A stretch of 64,000 nucleotides of DNA from Balamuthia mandrillaris. Lineage: Eukaryota. Positions 11,889-23,419 of the stretch are shown here, piece by piece. The notes beneath the pieces were generated by a model, which was given only the letters and a program-made list of their open reading frames with translations, was not told where the DNA came from and made no database searches. The number at the start of each line of letters is the position of its first letter. Position 1 is the first letter of the stretch. The stretch covers positions 186,001 to 250,000 of the forward strand of contig JAVKOQ020000010.1 in assembly GCA_031835245.2 (NCBI GenBank), given 5' to 3'. A program made the translations under genes and the position numbers.

Positions 11889-12211
11889 GATGCAATCCGT
11901 GTGTTAGCAACGCAGCAGCAGCAGCAGCAGGAGGAGGAAGAGGAGGAGCAGCTGGCGCCAATACGATTTCTTCGGGGGGAGGTGTTGCTGCTGCTCTCAA
12001 ATTAATTCAAGCCAGAGGATGGGGGTGATGATGATGATGGGGGGAAACGCTGGTAAAATAATTACAATGCTCCATGGGTATGTGCAAACCCTGCTGCAGC
12101 GGCGGCGCAGTGCAAGGTTAACTTTTTTGCCGACGCCGAAGGAGAAGAAAGAGAAAGCGAAAAAGTTTTCGGTGTGTGCTTCCTGCGGGAGGGAAGCCTT
12201 TTTTGCTGATC

Positions 12212-14562
12212 ATGGAGGAAGCGGACGGCATAATCTTATCTACGCTGCTGGACATAGGATGGTAGGATGCATCGCGTTGGAGGTGATATGGTCTGTGACG
12301 CTATTAAATGTTTTTTTTCTGATGCGCTTCAGCTCCTTTTCAGAGGACTACAAAAGCGTGAAGGAGCTCTCTCCCTATGAGGTAGCGCAGAGCGTGCTAA
12401 CCTGTGTGAAGAAGATAGATCTGCAACTTCCCTTCCCAGACTCCATGCCCCGGCACATGTCCCAGAAAGTAAGCCTTTGCTCTGAGGTGGCCAAACACAT
12501 CAAGGTTCTGCTTCACAACTCCACGGTCCCCTCCAGAGCTCTTCCTCCACTTACTACCTCTTACCTCGCCTCGCTTTGACAGGATAATCTGGGGTACAGC
12601 GACGACCTTGGCTACCACCAACTGCTCTACCCAAGTGAAAACGAGACACGAAAGCTTCTCCGTTTCCTGGTTGGAGAATTACCAGAGGAAGGAGGAGACT
12701 ACGTCGATAGCGAGTCTTTGGGCTTTGAGGCCCAACTAAATCGCTCTATACAGGCCGAGCTAGAGTTAGCCCTCCAAGCCTCCCATGAGCCTCCGCAAGA
12801 AGCGTGTGCGTCTGCATGTTCTTGGGTCGCGACCTCCCTCTATTTTGCAACGCTACCTTCTCATGCCCCCTATGACGGCAGTACGTACGCCCTCTCTCTC
12901 ACCCTCTCACCCTCTCACCCTCTCACCCTCTCACCCTCTCACCCTCTCACCTCTCCTCACCCTCACCCTCTCCTCTCTCCTCCCTCCTCCTCCTCCTCTG
13001 CCTTTTGACTGCCATCCATTACTGGTAACGCAATAACATTCGCTTCAGGTTTTGCCAAATATGTGAGAGAATATGCATACTATGCCACCGATCAAGTAAA
13101 GCAAGGACAAGATAACCCTGCTTCTATCATGGAACACAACCTTTTAAGCTTCATACAGGAGAGAGAAAGACAAAGGGAGCAAGATGAGTTTGGAGTGGTG
13201 AACCCTGTTTCCTTCCGAGAGAAGAAATTGGAAGGCATCCAAGAGAGTATATCCGAGGCCCTACGAACCGCCATGTCACAACACCAACAGCTTAAGGCTG
13301 GTGGCCGAGTTGAGAAACTGGATGACTTGCTGTTGGCCATGCAGGCCTCCCAACGAAGAGTGGGAGGTAAATTTGGACATGAAGTATCCTTCAAAGATAA
13401 AGCAGAGGAGGTGCACCACGAAACTAACGAGGTATGCATGTCCTGGTAGATGTGCCACCTATCTCCCTGCTCAGTCACTAACTCCTCCTGCTCTTGTTGT
13501 ATTATTTTGGATGGTGATTGCGCCTAAAGGAGTTACAAGCAAGAAGGAAACGAGAGACTCAAGAGCTGGACGACACTCTTAGCCGAATCAGAGAGGAAAT
13601 GGAAGCTTTGGAAAAGGCGATGCTCAGCATGCATCCTAATATTCATCAGGTAGGTGCACCCTTGTAAATTGATGACGGATACCTGTGACTGATTTATGCT
13701 ATCGAATTTTTGTTATTTTTAGATAGAAGCCAAATTACTGGCTGAAGCTGAGCGCAACAAAGAGCTCAAAAAGAAATACTTGGTGATGAAAAAGACGTTT
13801 GATTTGCTTCCAGATGCAGAGAACAACATTAAGCTTTTGCAAGGACTCAGCTCAAAAAGTGCGGCTCGTTTGGTGGAGCTGGCCAAGGAATGGGAGAAGC
13901 ACCGAGTGCCCCTTATTGAAGAGTACCGCAAGCACAAAGACCTGCTGCAACAACGCAAGGCTGCCAGTGAGAAACTATTAGAGGAGCTCAAGAAAATGAA
14001 AACACAAATGAAGGAAATAGAAGTGGATGTCAAAAAGAAGAACCAGTTGCTCAAGGCTTTGGCAGAGGAGTACCAATCCTTGCCTAAAGAACGAAACCGA
14101 AACATCTACACCCTGCGTATCTTAGATATTCTGAAGAATGTGAAAAAGCAAAAGATTGAAATCGACAAGATCCTGATAGACAAGCGCAACCTCATGAAGG
14201 ACATCAGCCTCATCTCAGACACCTTGAACCGAACCTTTGCTGTTATAGATGAACTTATCTACAATGACACCAAGGATAAGAAGAAAGATACCTTTGAACT
14301 CAGCAAGCGGGCCTATCAAAACCTGGTTCACATGAATGAATGCTTCCAAGAGCTGAAACAGTTAACTGAGGACATTAGTGGTGCTAGAAATGCTGTCATG
14401 GAATATGAGACCCAAATTGAAGAAATTCAAGGCCGAGTCAACAATCTCAACATAAAACGTTTGGAGGAGGATCACCAAGCCATTTGCCAAGAAAATGCCA
14501 AGCTTGTAGAACAAATCAAGGCTCTTAAAATGGACACACTTAAGAATAAACTTTTTGAATAA
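12212..14562 (+). CDS. CCDC22: Coiled-coil domain-containing protein 22 (Commander/CCC complex), multi-exon
   Basis: N-term MEEADGIILSTL; LGYSDDLGYHQLLYPSENETRKLLRFLV; C-term KTFDLLPDAENNIKLLQ...EWEKHRVPLIEEYR...RNIYTLRILDILKNVKKQKIEIDKILID. Confidence 0.9.
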
Positions 14563-14639
14563 TGGCGTTTTGCTCCACTTGAAACCCTAGTTTTCATAGG
14601 ACAGGTTCCCCTTTGTCTCTGTCAGGATGATCTGATGCC

Positions 14640-14960
14640 TCACGATTTTCTCATCAGATTGGACATTTTGGAAGTATAATGACACTGGCTGCTTTTTCCT
14701 TAGAGCAAACAAATGAAAGGTTCATCTGGTGACTCTGATATGACTGAGTGTACACCTCAGTCACAAAGGAGAGGAGGAAGTGTTCTTCCTCAGCATTGCA
14801 TGCAGGGCACTTACTGTCCTCTTCAGACTGCTGAATGGCTCCCCACTTTTTTCCAATGAGCAATATACCACAACAAATAGCATTCATTTATCGTTCTTTC
14901 CTTGGGTTGGTAATCACTAAGCTTTGTTGTTGTCCAACCAAATATCTGCCATTTATTTCA
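14640..14960 (-). mobile_element. Non-LTR retrotransposon C-terminal (Cys/His zinc-finger) fragment; inverted copy of ~23040-23330
   Basis: IGKKWGAIQQSEEDSKCPACNAEEEHFLL here vs IGKKWGAIQQSEKDNKCPACNAEEETAEHFLL at 23045-23248. Confidence 0.65.
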
Positions 14961-15049
14961 AAGTTTTGCCATTGACATGTTCTTGTTCCTCTTTCTCCTT
15001 CAGCAGCCTACTTTACCTTGGCTACTTGAACAAAGGCCTTCATCCTCTT

Positions 15050-15615
15050 GGCTTTCTTTACCTGCACATCTCCCCTTTATTTTGGGCCATCATGAACAAG
15101 GACATAGCGGTCATGGCCCTTTTGTTAGCGGCAGGAGCAGACCCCACCAACATGAAGGACCTGGAGGGTCGCATTGCTTGGGAGCTTGCCAGAGATCACA
15201 AATGGGAAGACCTGCTGAACCTCCTCAAAAAGCAGCAGAAGAAAGCCAAGAAGCTTCACTCCAAAAGAAGGAGCAAATTCAAAATGGTTTACTCACCAAG
15301 GCGAACCACTTTCCCTTGATTTTACACCAAGTTCACCAGGTTACCATCAGTCACCTTAGCCTTCAACTGTGTAAGTTGACACACTTTTGTGACAGCGAGC
15401 CTATTCTCAAAAAATTGAAAGCAGTGCTGGTTGCTACTGCCACAAGACAAAACATCACCACAAATGAAGACACAGAAGGAATGAAGTGCCCTGTAAAGAC
15501 CTGCAACAAAAAAACAGGAATGAGAATACACGTTAAACATGGAACAGACGAATTTTGTTTTTGCTGCATTGATCATCTTATGGAGTACTTGGGGACTAGC
15601 AGAAAAAGAAAGTGA
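15050..15615 (+). pseudogene. Ankyrin-repeat gene fragment followed by a Cys-rich segment
   Basis: SPLFWAIMNKDIAVMALLLAAGADPTNMKDLEGRIAWELA; no clear start codon; frame changes. Confidence 0.45.
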
Positions 15616-15689
15616 GAACAAGACCAACAACCACTACCACAAACACAATCAGAACAACCAATCACAGCAGCAGGTACCCAACCTTCCTC

Positions 15690-15925
15690 AACTTCTTCTT
15701 CTTCTTCTTCTTCTTGTTCTCGTTCTCATTCTTGTTCTTGTTCGTGTTCTTGTTCTTCTTGTTCTTGTTCTTGTTCTTGTTTTTGTTCTTGTTCTTGTTC
15801 TTCTTCTTGTACTGGTTTTTCTTCTTCTTCTTCTTTCTTCTTCTTCTTCTTCTTGTTCTTGTTCTTGTTCTTCTTCTTCTTCTACTTCTTGTTCTTCTTC
15901 TTCTTCTTCTTCTTCTTCTACTTGT
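15690..15925. repeat. (TTC/TTG)n microsatellite
   Basis: Direct inspection. Confidence 0.95.
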
Positions 15926-16078
15926 TGATGCCTGTAATAGCAAGCCTATCATTGTTTATTTATATTTTTGAAAGAAAAGAAAGTAAGTTAACTTGCTTTT
16001 TCATTATTTTATGGTTCTTCGTCTTTGTTTTTGTCTTTGTCTTTGTTTTTTTCTATTGTTTGCTCTTGACTTTCTGAA

Positions 16079-16735
16079 GTGTTTTGCTCTTTTTCTGGGT
16101 TGAAGAGAAAAGACTTTAGAGACTTATTGGCATGCATCAACAAAACAGGGCTGTTACCAAAGCAACACTTACCTGTAGAAAAGCGACTGCTTATGCTCCT
16201 TTATTACTGCCGTGGCTATCCACCTTTTCTGCGTTTGGCTTGGTTCTTCGGTGTGAGCAAGAAAACTGCGATTGGTATTGTGAACGTTGTCTTGGCAGTA
16301 CTGATGGTAGTGCTTCAACCTCATGTTTCTTGGAGGACGTTGGAATGGCGTTCCAAGCATGGAATGTGGTTGGGCGAGCATCATATCACTGCAACACAAC
16401 AAAAGATGATGTTTTCGTCACAGACAAAGGCTTTCCCAATCTTGGCCATCATTCCCACTGGACGGTCTTCCTTCCTAATAACCCAGACCCTACATCAGAA
16501 TACAACAAAAACGTGAGTCGAATCCGTTCAGTTGTGGAGAACTGTTTCGGCTCTTTGGAAAGGTTCAGGATTATAAGTGACTTATTTCGATTACATCTTA
16601 AAAAAGGACCTACCAGAAAGCAAAAAGCATAACGATCAATATTGGCATGTGCTTGGCGGTATCCATAACCTCTACTTTGCTCCTCTTCGTGACGCTGACA
16701 ATCGCGTCGGAGGCACACCAATGGTTATCTATAGT
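16079..16735 (+). mobile_element. Decayed PIF/Harbinger-ISL2EU-type (DDE_Tnp_4) transposase
   Basis: HTH part FSGLKRKDFRDLL...RLLMLLYYCRGYPPFLRLAWFFGVSKKTA and DDE C-terminal part VTDKGF...YNKNVSRIRSVVENCFGSLERFRII in different frames; central region with first catalytic Asp missing. Confidence 0.75.
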
Positions 16736-17099
16736 ATTTTTTCTTATTGATAATTCGCGCTATTGTGGGTTCCTTTTGGAAAACAAGATGAATTTTCATT
16801 TAAGGTGATTCCCATGTCGTCCTCAAACTTTCCATGTCGTCATTGACCCACGAAAGCGCGAAAAAAAATCCGCGGTGCTAGCGAAAAAAAATACACAGCC
16901 AAGCAAAAGTTACGGTCTTGCTTTTACAAGCCCCGTCTTGGTTGGGAAGTGAACCCTTGCCGGGTTTCAAACCGTAGTTTGCATGGGTTTGCTATTGTAA
17001 AGGGTCTGGGAAGTACCTGGATAGTGTAGCAATTGAGGATTTTTTGGAGGGCATCTAGTGCTGTGCAAGGTGTAGAAGGCGTAGACGGCGTAGACGGCG

Positions 17100-17800
17100 T
17101 TCTTTCCCTTGCCTAAGCAGTTTGATCGACAATGGGAGTCACTGGCCCAACATCTTGCAACCGAGTTGGACAAGAGGGAAGGCCACCTAATCGTACTCCG
17201 TTGTTTGGATCACGAGAGCAGCTCTCTTGAGGCGATGTCCCGCCTGGCAGATGTCTTGAGTTCTCTTTATGGCAGGACACCACCCCCACAGCGAATGGCT
17301 AGTGCTGGACAAAAGCAGAGCGTGCAGTACAGCCACTGGCCTTCCAAGTGCAGAAGAGGGCAAGTTCTATCCCTTGCAGCAGTTGGACCTAGTGCAGCAC
17401 GACGAAGTGGAGCCTACTAACGAGTACTCAGTAAGTGTGGCTACGCTTGGCCGAGACTTGCACTATGTCAACTTGGCACTGAAGATCTTCCAACGCCGAG
17501 ACTGGTACACACTCATCGAGTTTTCTGGTCTAGGAAAGGGTACTTTTGCTTCTGTTTTCGCAATATTACATTCATCAGTCGTTCTCTAACACAACTATCG
17601 TTTTAGCAATCCCCTCTATAGTATCTATTGCAGAAATATTAAAAAGGTATCAAGTCGCTGAGCTTCAAAGTACGTTTTCTCTTTTGCGATTCTTTTTAGC
17701 GGTATGTTTGCTAATTTCTTCTCTTCAAATACTTTACCAGGTATAAAAACATCAATGGTGGAGCTGAAGGACACCAGTTTATATTCCTCACAAAAGGCTG
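17100..17800 (+). pseudogene. Alba-domain nucleic-acid-binding gene, probably disrupted
   Basis: Spliced YVNLALKIFQRRDWYTLIEFSGLGK|AIPSIVSIAEILKRYQVAELQ|xIKTSMVEL matches the Alba core; upstream ORF pieces are out of frame and lack a clear start. Confidence 0.55.
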
Positions 17801-19070
17801 CATGGTCGACGCTTCACACACCAACCTACCTCCTGGTTGTTTCTTTTACCTTTTTGTTGTAGCAGGTTTTGCTCTTTTGACGGAGATACCACTGCCGCTG
17901 CTTAATCCGATTGTTTTGACGTTTTTGTTTGTTACGATGTCGTTCTCGCTTCTCCAAACACACCGTTGGTCTTCATCTTCCTTTTGCGTCTTTTTCTACA
18001 AACCGTTTTTGTTGTTCGTTTGAAAGCGCTTGCGTTGACCAAAAAGATTGAAGGGATCACGCGATTTTTGTGACATTTAGCAGGGAAACTCTTGACCTTA
18101 CCGCCAGCATAAGATCTGAGTCAGGAACTTCTCCGTCATCCGTCATTCTGCCAAAGTTCTAAGTTCGAGGTCTTCGCATTGCCTCGCGAACAGCCAGAGC
18201 CATGCTCACCTGGTCCCACTATCGTATCAGGCAGAGGCTCCTGAAAAATGCCTAAGAAAGCCTTTCTGGTTTTTCTCCTCTTCTTCCTTCTCCTCCTCCT
18301 CCTCCTCCTTCCTTCTTCTCCTCTTCCTCCTCCAACACCTTTTCTCCGTTAGGAATGTGCTTGTAGGTGGTGAACCTCCTGAACCACAGGCAAAGGTTTC
18401 TTCCAGGGCAAATCCTTTGGGCTTCAACGCTGACCCGTACTCAGCTCTTCGAAGGTTGGAACGAGAACAATTGCAGGCCCGGATTCTGGACCCTTCCATC
18501 AACATCGACACCCTTCAGCAAGAATCGGACGACCTTACCGCGCGTTTTGCTCTTGTAGAGAGAACTTCTGCACTGCGCGACCTCTTCTGACGATTCTCCC
18601 GCTGTGCCTCAACTCTGACGACATACCCTTCCTGTCTCTGAAGTAGCTGCAACGTTGTCCACCTCGATGGTGCTTCCCCGCTCGTTCTGTGGGACGGCAT
18701 GGAAGAAGCCGAACCACCTACACCTGAGGCAGCTGAAGATGACGAAGGAGGAGCCGGCGCTGAAGAAGCAAGAGATTGTTGTTGAAGGAGGGATTGTAGT
18801 TGTAGGTGCTGCTGTAGAAGTGCCAAGATTTGTTGTGCGGTTTTTGAGGTTTGCCTGATACGGCTTATGTCAGCTATTGCCTAAGGCAGAGCAAATAACC
18901 TAAGGACCTACTTCCAAAAGCTACATTCACAAGTGACAAAGTTATCCAATGCTCATCACTTTGCTTCCTCTATATATCATATGGATTGACCATATTTTGT
19001 TTTAAGGCAATTAAACATGAAAGGCAATACAATTTATTCCAAAGACCATCTTGGTGTTGCAACCACAGTA

Positions 19071-20219
19071 CTAAAATGAGTCAGGAAGATCCACATGTGG
19101 ATATACAAAGCGAAATATTTTTTTAAATTCCTTTTGTTGAGGGTGGCGGCACACAGTTTCCCACAGCTCCACTGGCTTAGCATAATGGGCTGCCACATTG
19201 CCAGCTGAAATTGCATTGGAATTTAACAAGTGCAAAACAGTTAGACCAAAGGGTTCTAAATGGTTTTCAATCCAAGATTGTATTGGCCCTTCGCGACTTC
19301 GGAGAAGCTCCCTGGTAGCATTTATTTCAGGATATTCTTGACCTTGAACTGCAAGTTAGAAATACAAGCCAGAGAATTACTCAATGAAAGAAAGAATTTA
19401 AAAAACCTTTAGCTTGAATAAATGCCTCCAATAATTGCTTCCTTGCTTTTTCTAAAAGCTTGCGTATGTTAAGGCGATCCAAGGTGCTGAGGTGTTGCTG
19501 GATCTGTACCAATGATTTTTGCAATTGTGCGTCGAGTCCTTGGCGATCCTTCTCCGCTTTCTCCAAGGCTGCCTTGAATTCTTCCAAGGCTGTCCTGAAT
19601 ACTTGGCGATCCTCCTCCGCTTTCTGGCGATCCTCCTCCGCTTTCTGGCGATCCTCTCTCGCTCTGCTCATTTCAGAAACAAAATAGTTGCGCAACTCCT
19701 CCACAGAAAGGCTGGTAATGTCCTTTTCGCCTTCCTGTGGTGGCGCTGATTTTTTCGATTGAAGTTGTTTTTTCTGCATTTCAATAACATTTTTTGCAAC
19801 CTTCAGAGCGGCAGCATCCTTGGTGGCTGAAGAAAAGGTAGTGAGAAGAATGTTAATCGAATGCATAGAGCAAGCCATTATTACTCACTTTGCTCCTGAA
19901 GTTGCAAGTAGTGGATGGCTTGCGGGTTTGGTTTTACTACATAAAATCCCCCCGCTGTCAAATGTTCTTTGATTGTAGCGTTCTTTATGTATTCTCCCCG
20001 ACGCACACCGTTGTGATGACTGCTCGCAGGAACCGCTGGGGGAAACTGAACATCAAAGCCCTCATCAGGGCCAAGAGCCATGCCTTCGTAGCCCTTGCAC
20101 AGCAGATCAAACATTTCCTTGCAATAAACTTCTTTTCCAAGAAGGTCTTTTGGAACGTTTATGATGGCATACGCCCCTTCCGCCACCAACAACGCCAGCT
20201 TTGGTTGCCCTTCTTCCAT
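19071..20219 (-). CDS. Three-exon hypothetical protein with coiled-coil heptad repeats and a C-terminal GNxAAH (HEPN/DUF4145-like) motif
   Basis: MEEGQPKLALLV...; 21-bp repeats encoding AEEDRQK; last exon ...LNSNAISAGNVAAHYAKPVELWETVCRHPQQKEFKKIFRFVYPHVDLPDSF*. Confidence 0.55.
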
Positions 20220-22415
20220 GGTTATGTTTGTGAAGTGTAGCGACGAAGGCCTTTGGTTCTCTTTTTGTTGTGAAAAGGCGGCCCAAACACTCACTTCAAG
20301 TAGTGTTGGATGGTTGTGACTCCTCAAGCTAATTTAGGGCCTGAGGAGCCTTTGTTGTTTTACGTGTTTTAGACACGAAATTTCAAACAGAAAAAAAGGG
20401 GAGTGACGTAGGGTCAGTGCTAAGATGGCGCCAAGATCAAGCCGATCAATGGGACAACGAAAATAAAGCAAAATTAGTTGACGGGGGAAAAAAACAGAGA
20501 AACAAGAAATAACCCACCTCCGGCGTGCCTAATCACGGCTTGTCTTACGACTCGCTATAAGCAACGGTGCCTAAAAAAAGTAGGGACCGTGAGGTTGGAC
20601 GAGTGAGTGTAAGACTGCCACGTTCGTTGAGTTCCAGGATCCCATTCCTTTACCGGCGAGTGCGAGTGCGAGTGCGAGCAGCAGTCCTCCACAATACGGT
20701 GGCGGCAGTCCTCCTCAGCAGCAGTCCTCCGTGATATGGAAAGCAGCAGTACTCCATAATACGGGACACAATCGCACCTGTCCAAACCAAGACGGTCCAA
20801 ACTGTGGGGATGATCACACGTGGGACCATTGTCCTCACCCATGCAAGAAGAAGCGAAAATGGTGGACATGTTCTTCCAGTTAATGAAGATGATCAGAGGA
20901 GAGCACTGCGTCACATTTGGCAGATCCTTCTGGAGGAGCACAACCTGCCCCTGGAGCAATTTGGCTTACCAATGGACGGCCTTGACAACCCTGAGGAAGC
21001 AGCATCTGAGTGTCACAACCCAGCCTTGGGTCGTGCCAATCCCTCTCTCTCACACAACGCTCACAAAGGAGAGATAAGATTGGGGTGGTTCTTGGCTTGC
21101 CCAAGTACCTAACCAGCCAATCAACAGAATCTCTAAGGCATAGTGCGTTACCCAAGGAGAAGGGAAAAGAGGAGAATAAGAGAGGGAAAAAGGAGAGATC
21201 TCTGCTCTTGCTGTTTGCAGATGATTAATAAATATTTTTCTATTGAATATTATTACTGTACACAATTAAGTTTTTCTGAATTTCTTCAATACTTTTTTAT
21301 TGTAGACAACCTTAAAAAAAACAAAAAAAAATAAAACAGACACAACACAACCCAGAGTTGAACTGGTACTGCTTCCAAGCAAGTTGAGCAGCAGAGGTTG
21401 TCCTCCAATTGGCAAGGAAAGAAGAATGATTATCAGCAGAAAGTGGTGCCAATGGTACTGCCTGGTGGCAAGTAGAACCATTGGTTCTTATTGACATCAA
21501 ATAGCATCTAAGCCTGTGGAACGTTGCCATTAGCATAGACTCTGTATCTTTGCCTGGCTCTGCACCAGTTCACAGTGTACAAAGTGCAGCTGCTTGTGTA
21601 GGCGATGAGTCTCACTTTGCTCACAGCAGAGCGCTCTTCCATCTGATGTGAGGTCTTTCTCTTCCTCTTCTTGTCCTTTTGCTTTCTCCTTGTCTTCTTT
21701 CCTCTTTCACTTCTTGTTGTTGTTCTTCTTCTTTCACTCCCTCCTCCGTTTCCTCTTCTGTTGTCTTTCTTTTATTCTTCTGAATACACTTCTTTTTAAT
21801 CATTTGTCCCTTTCTTTTGTTAAGTTGGACTTAATTAACAGGGAGAAGATATGAACTGTTGAAGGTGAAAGAGAAAGAAGATGTGGTGCTTGAAGAAGTG
21901 CTTCTTCCTGAGTTAGGAGCTTGATAATGCTTGAGGACAAGACACTGAGAAGTATCACAGCCTCTATAGAGTACAGAACTTCACTTTGCCAGAAGAGGAT
22001 GAAGAAGCTGGAACAGAAAAAGTTTTCTCTTGTGATGGTCAGCGAAAGTTGAAGAAGCCAAGCAAAGCTTGGAAAGCTCACCTTCAGAGTCTTTCTCAAA
22101 GTCACTCTTGGAGTTGTCAGAGTCATCCTCAAGGTCATCAGAGTCATTCTTGAGTTGTATTCAGAATCATCAGAGTTCTTATTATTAGAGACAAAAAGTT
22201 CCTTGTAAAAGCTATGAAGAGCAGAAGATCTCTTGCAGGAAGAATGCAGCTTCTTGTTATCAACCAAAAGAAGCAGTTGTTGGGGAAGTTAATATTTTGG
22301 GTACCTGTGGAACTCTCATAGTAGAAGTTGCAGCTTGAGAAAGAGGTAAGTTTGTTTCTGAAAAGAAGTCCTCAGTGAAGTCAGGAACCCCTTCCTTAGT
22401 AATGAGATAGCAGTT

Positions 22416-23336
22416 TTGTTCAATGTGTATATCGATGTGGTGGCAAGAAAGCTACAGGTGGCAGAGGAGAAGGAAAGAGGAGATAAAGCAAGGAATGTTT
22501 GCTTGTTGTTTGCAGATAGTTTGGCAGTGGTGGCCAGTGATCCTTTTGAGCTTCATAGAAGACTGAATGTGACAGTGGATGCAGTGAATGCTCTGGGACT
22601 TCAGTTCAATGCAAAGAAATGTGGTGCTAGTACAAGGAAAGAAGGCGCTTTTAAGAGTGGAGACTTTCATCAGCACAGCCTCCCCCTTATGGTGAAGCTG
22701 TGTGGAATGAGATAGCAAGAAGAGTTTTGCAAGTTTATCAAAGGACATGGCAGGAGTTTGTAGAGCAGAATTGGGCTGGTTGACCATCAAGGCCTACTGT
22801 GAGTTGGAAAGGCAAGCAGTTATTTGCCATGCTAAGAGGCAAAAAGGACACTTGAGCTGTTGGAAGTGATAAGCCAAGCAAGGGAAGAGGAAGAGAAGAA
22901 GAGAGAAGGTGAAGGAAGTGATGGAATGAGTGACATTGAAAAGAAAGCCAAGAGGATGAGGACCCTACCCTAACTTGAGTAGCCAAGGCAGAGTATGCAG
23001 TTGAAGGAGAAAGAGGAACAAGAGCATGGCTTTGGCATAACTTCTTGACAAATGGAAGATGTTTGGTTGGACAACAATGGAGCGTAGTGATTACCAACCC
23101 AAGGAAGGAACAATTGATGAATGCTATTCACTATGGTGGACTGCCCATTGGAAAAAAGTGGGGAGCCATTCAACAGTCTGAAAAGGACAATAAGTGCCCT
23201 GCATGCAATGCTGAGGAAGAAACAGCAGAACACTTCCTATTAAGATGACCAAATCTTTGAGAAGATCGTTTAGAATCTGGAATGTGAACAATGGAGATAA
23301 GGAACAAGTCAGAAAGCTAATCAGAGAAGATTGTAC
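22416..23336 (+). mobile_element. Decayed non-LTR (LINE-like) retrotransposon: RT fragment and C-terminal zinc finger
   Basis: LFNVYIDVVARKL...CLLFADSLAVVA (degenerate YADD)...LGLQFNAKKC; CPAC...ETAEHFLL; many stops. Confidence 0.7.
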
Positions 23337-23410
23337 TGTTATACCACTCTTCCATAATACCTATCCCTATCTCTCCTTGTATATATATCTCTTTCTTTCA
23401 TTTCATTAAA
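23337..23410 (+). repeat. Truncated LTR-like sequence; inverted copy of 32555-32628
   Basis: Starts TGTTATAC; ~74 bp near-identical to the reverse complement of 32555-32628. Confidence 0.65.
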
Positions 23411-23419
23411 CACAGCTCC

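Noticed and set aside
15539..16077. Hydrophobic or poly-K/N ORFs
   Set aside because: Arise from the TTC/TTG microsatellite
18200..18860. Possible gene or gag-like ORF
   Set aside because: Interrupted by several stops and no recognisable motif; cannot be assigned
19535..19660. 21-bp repeats as a CRISPR-like array
   Set aside because: Tandem coding heptads without unique spacers; eukaryotic context and no cas genes
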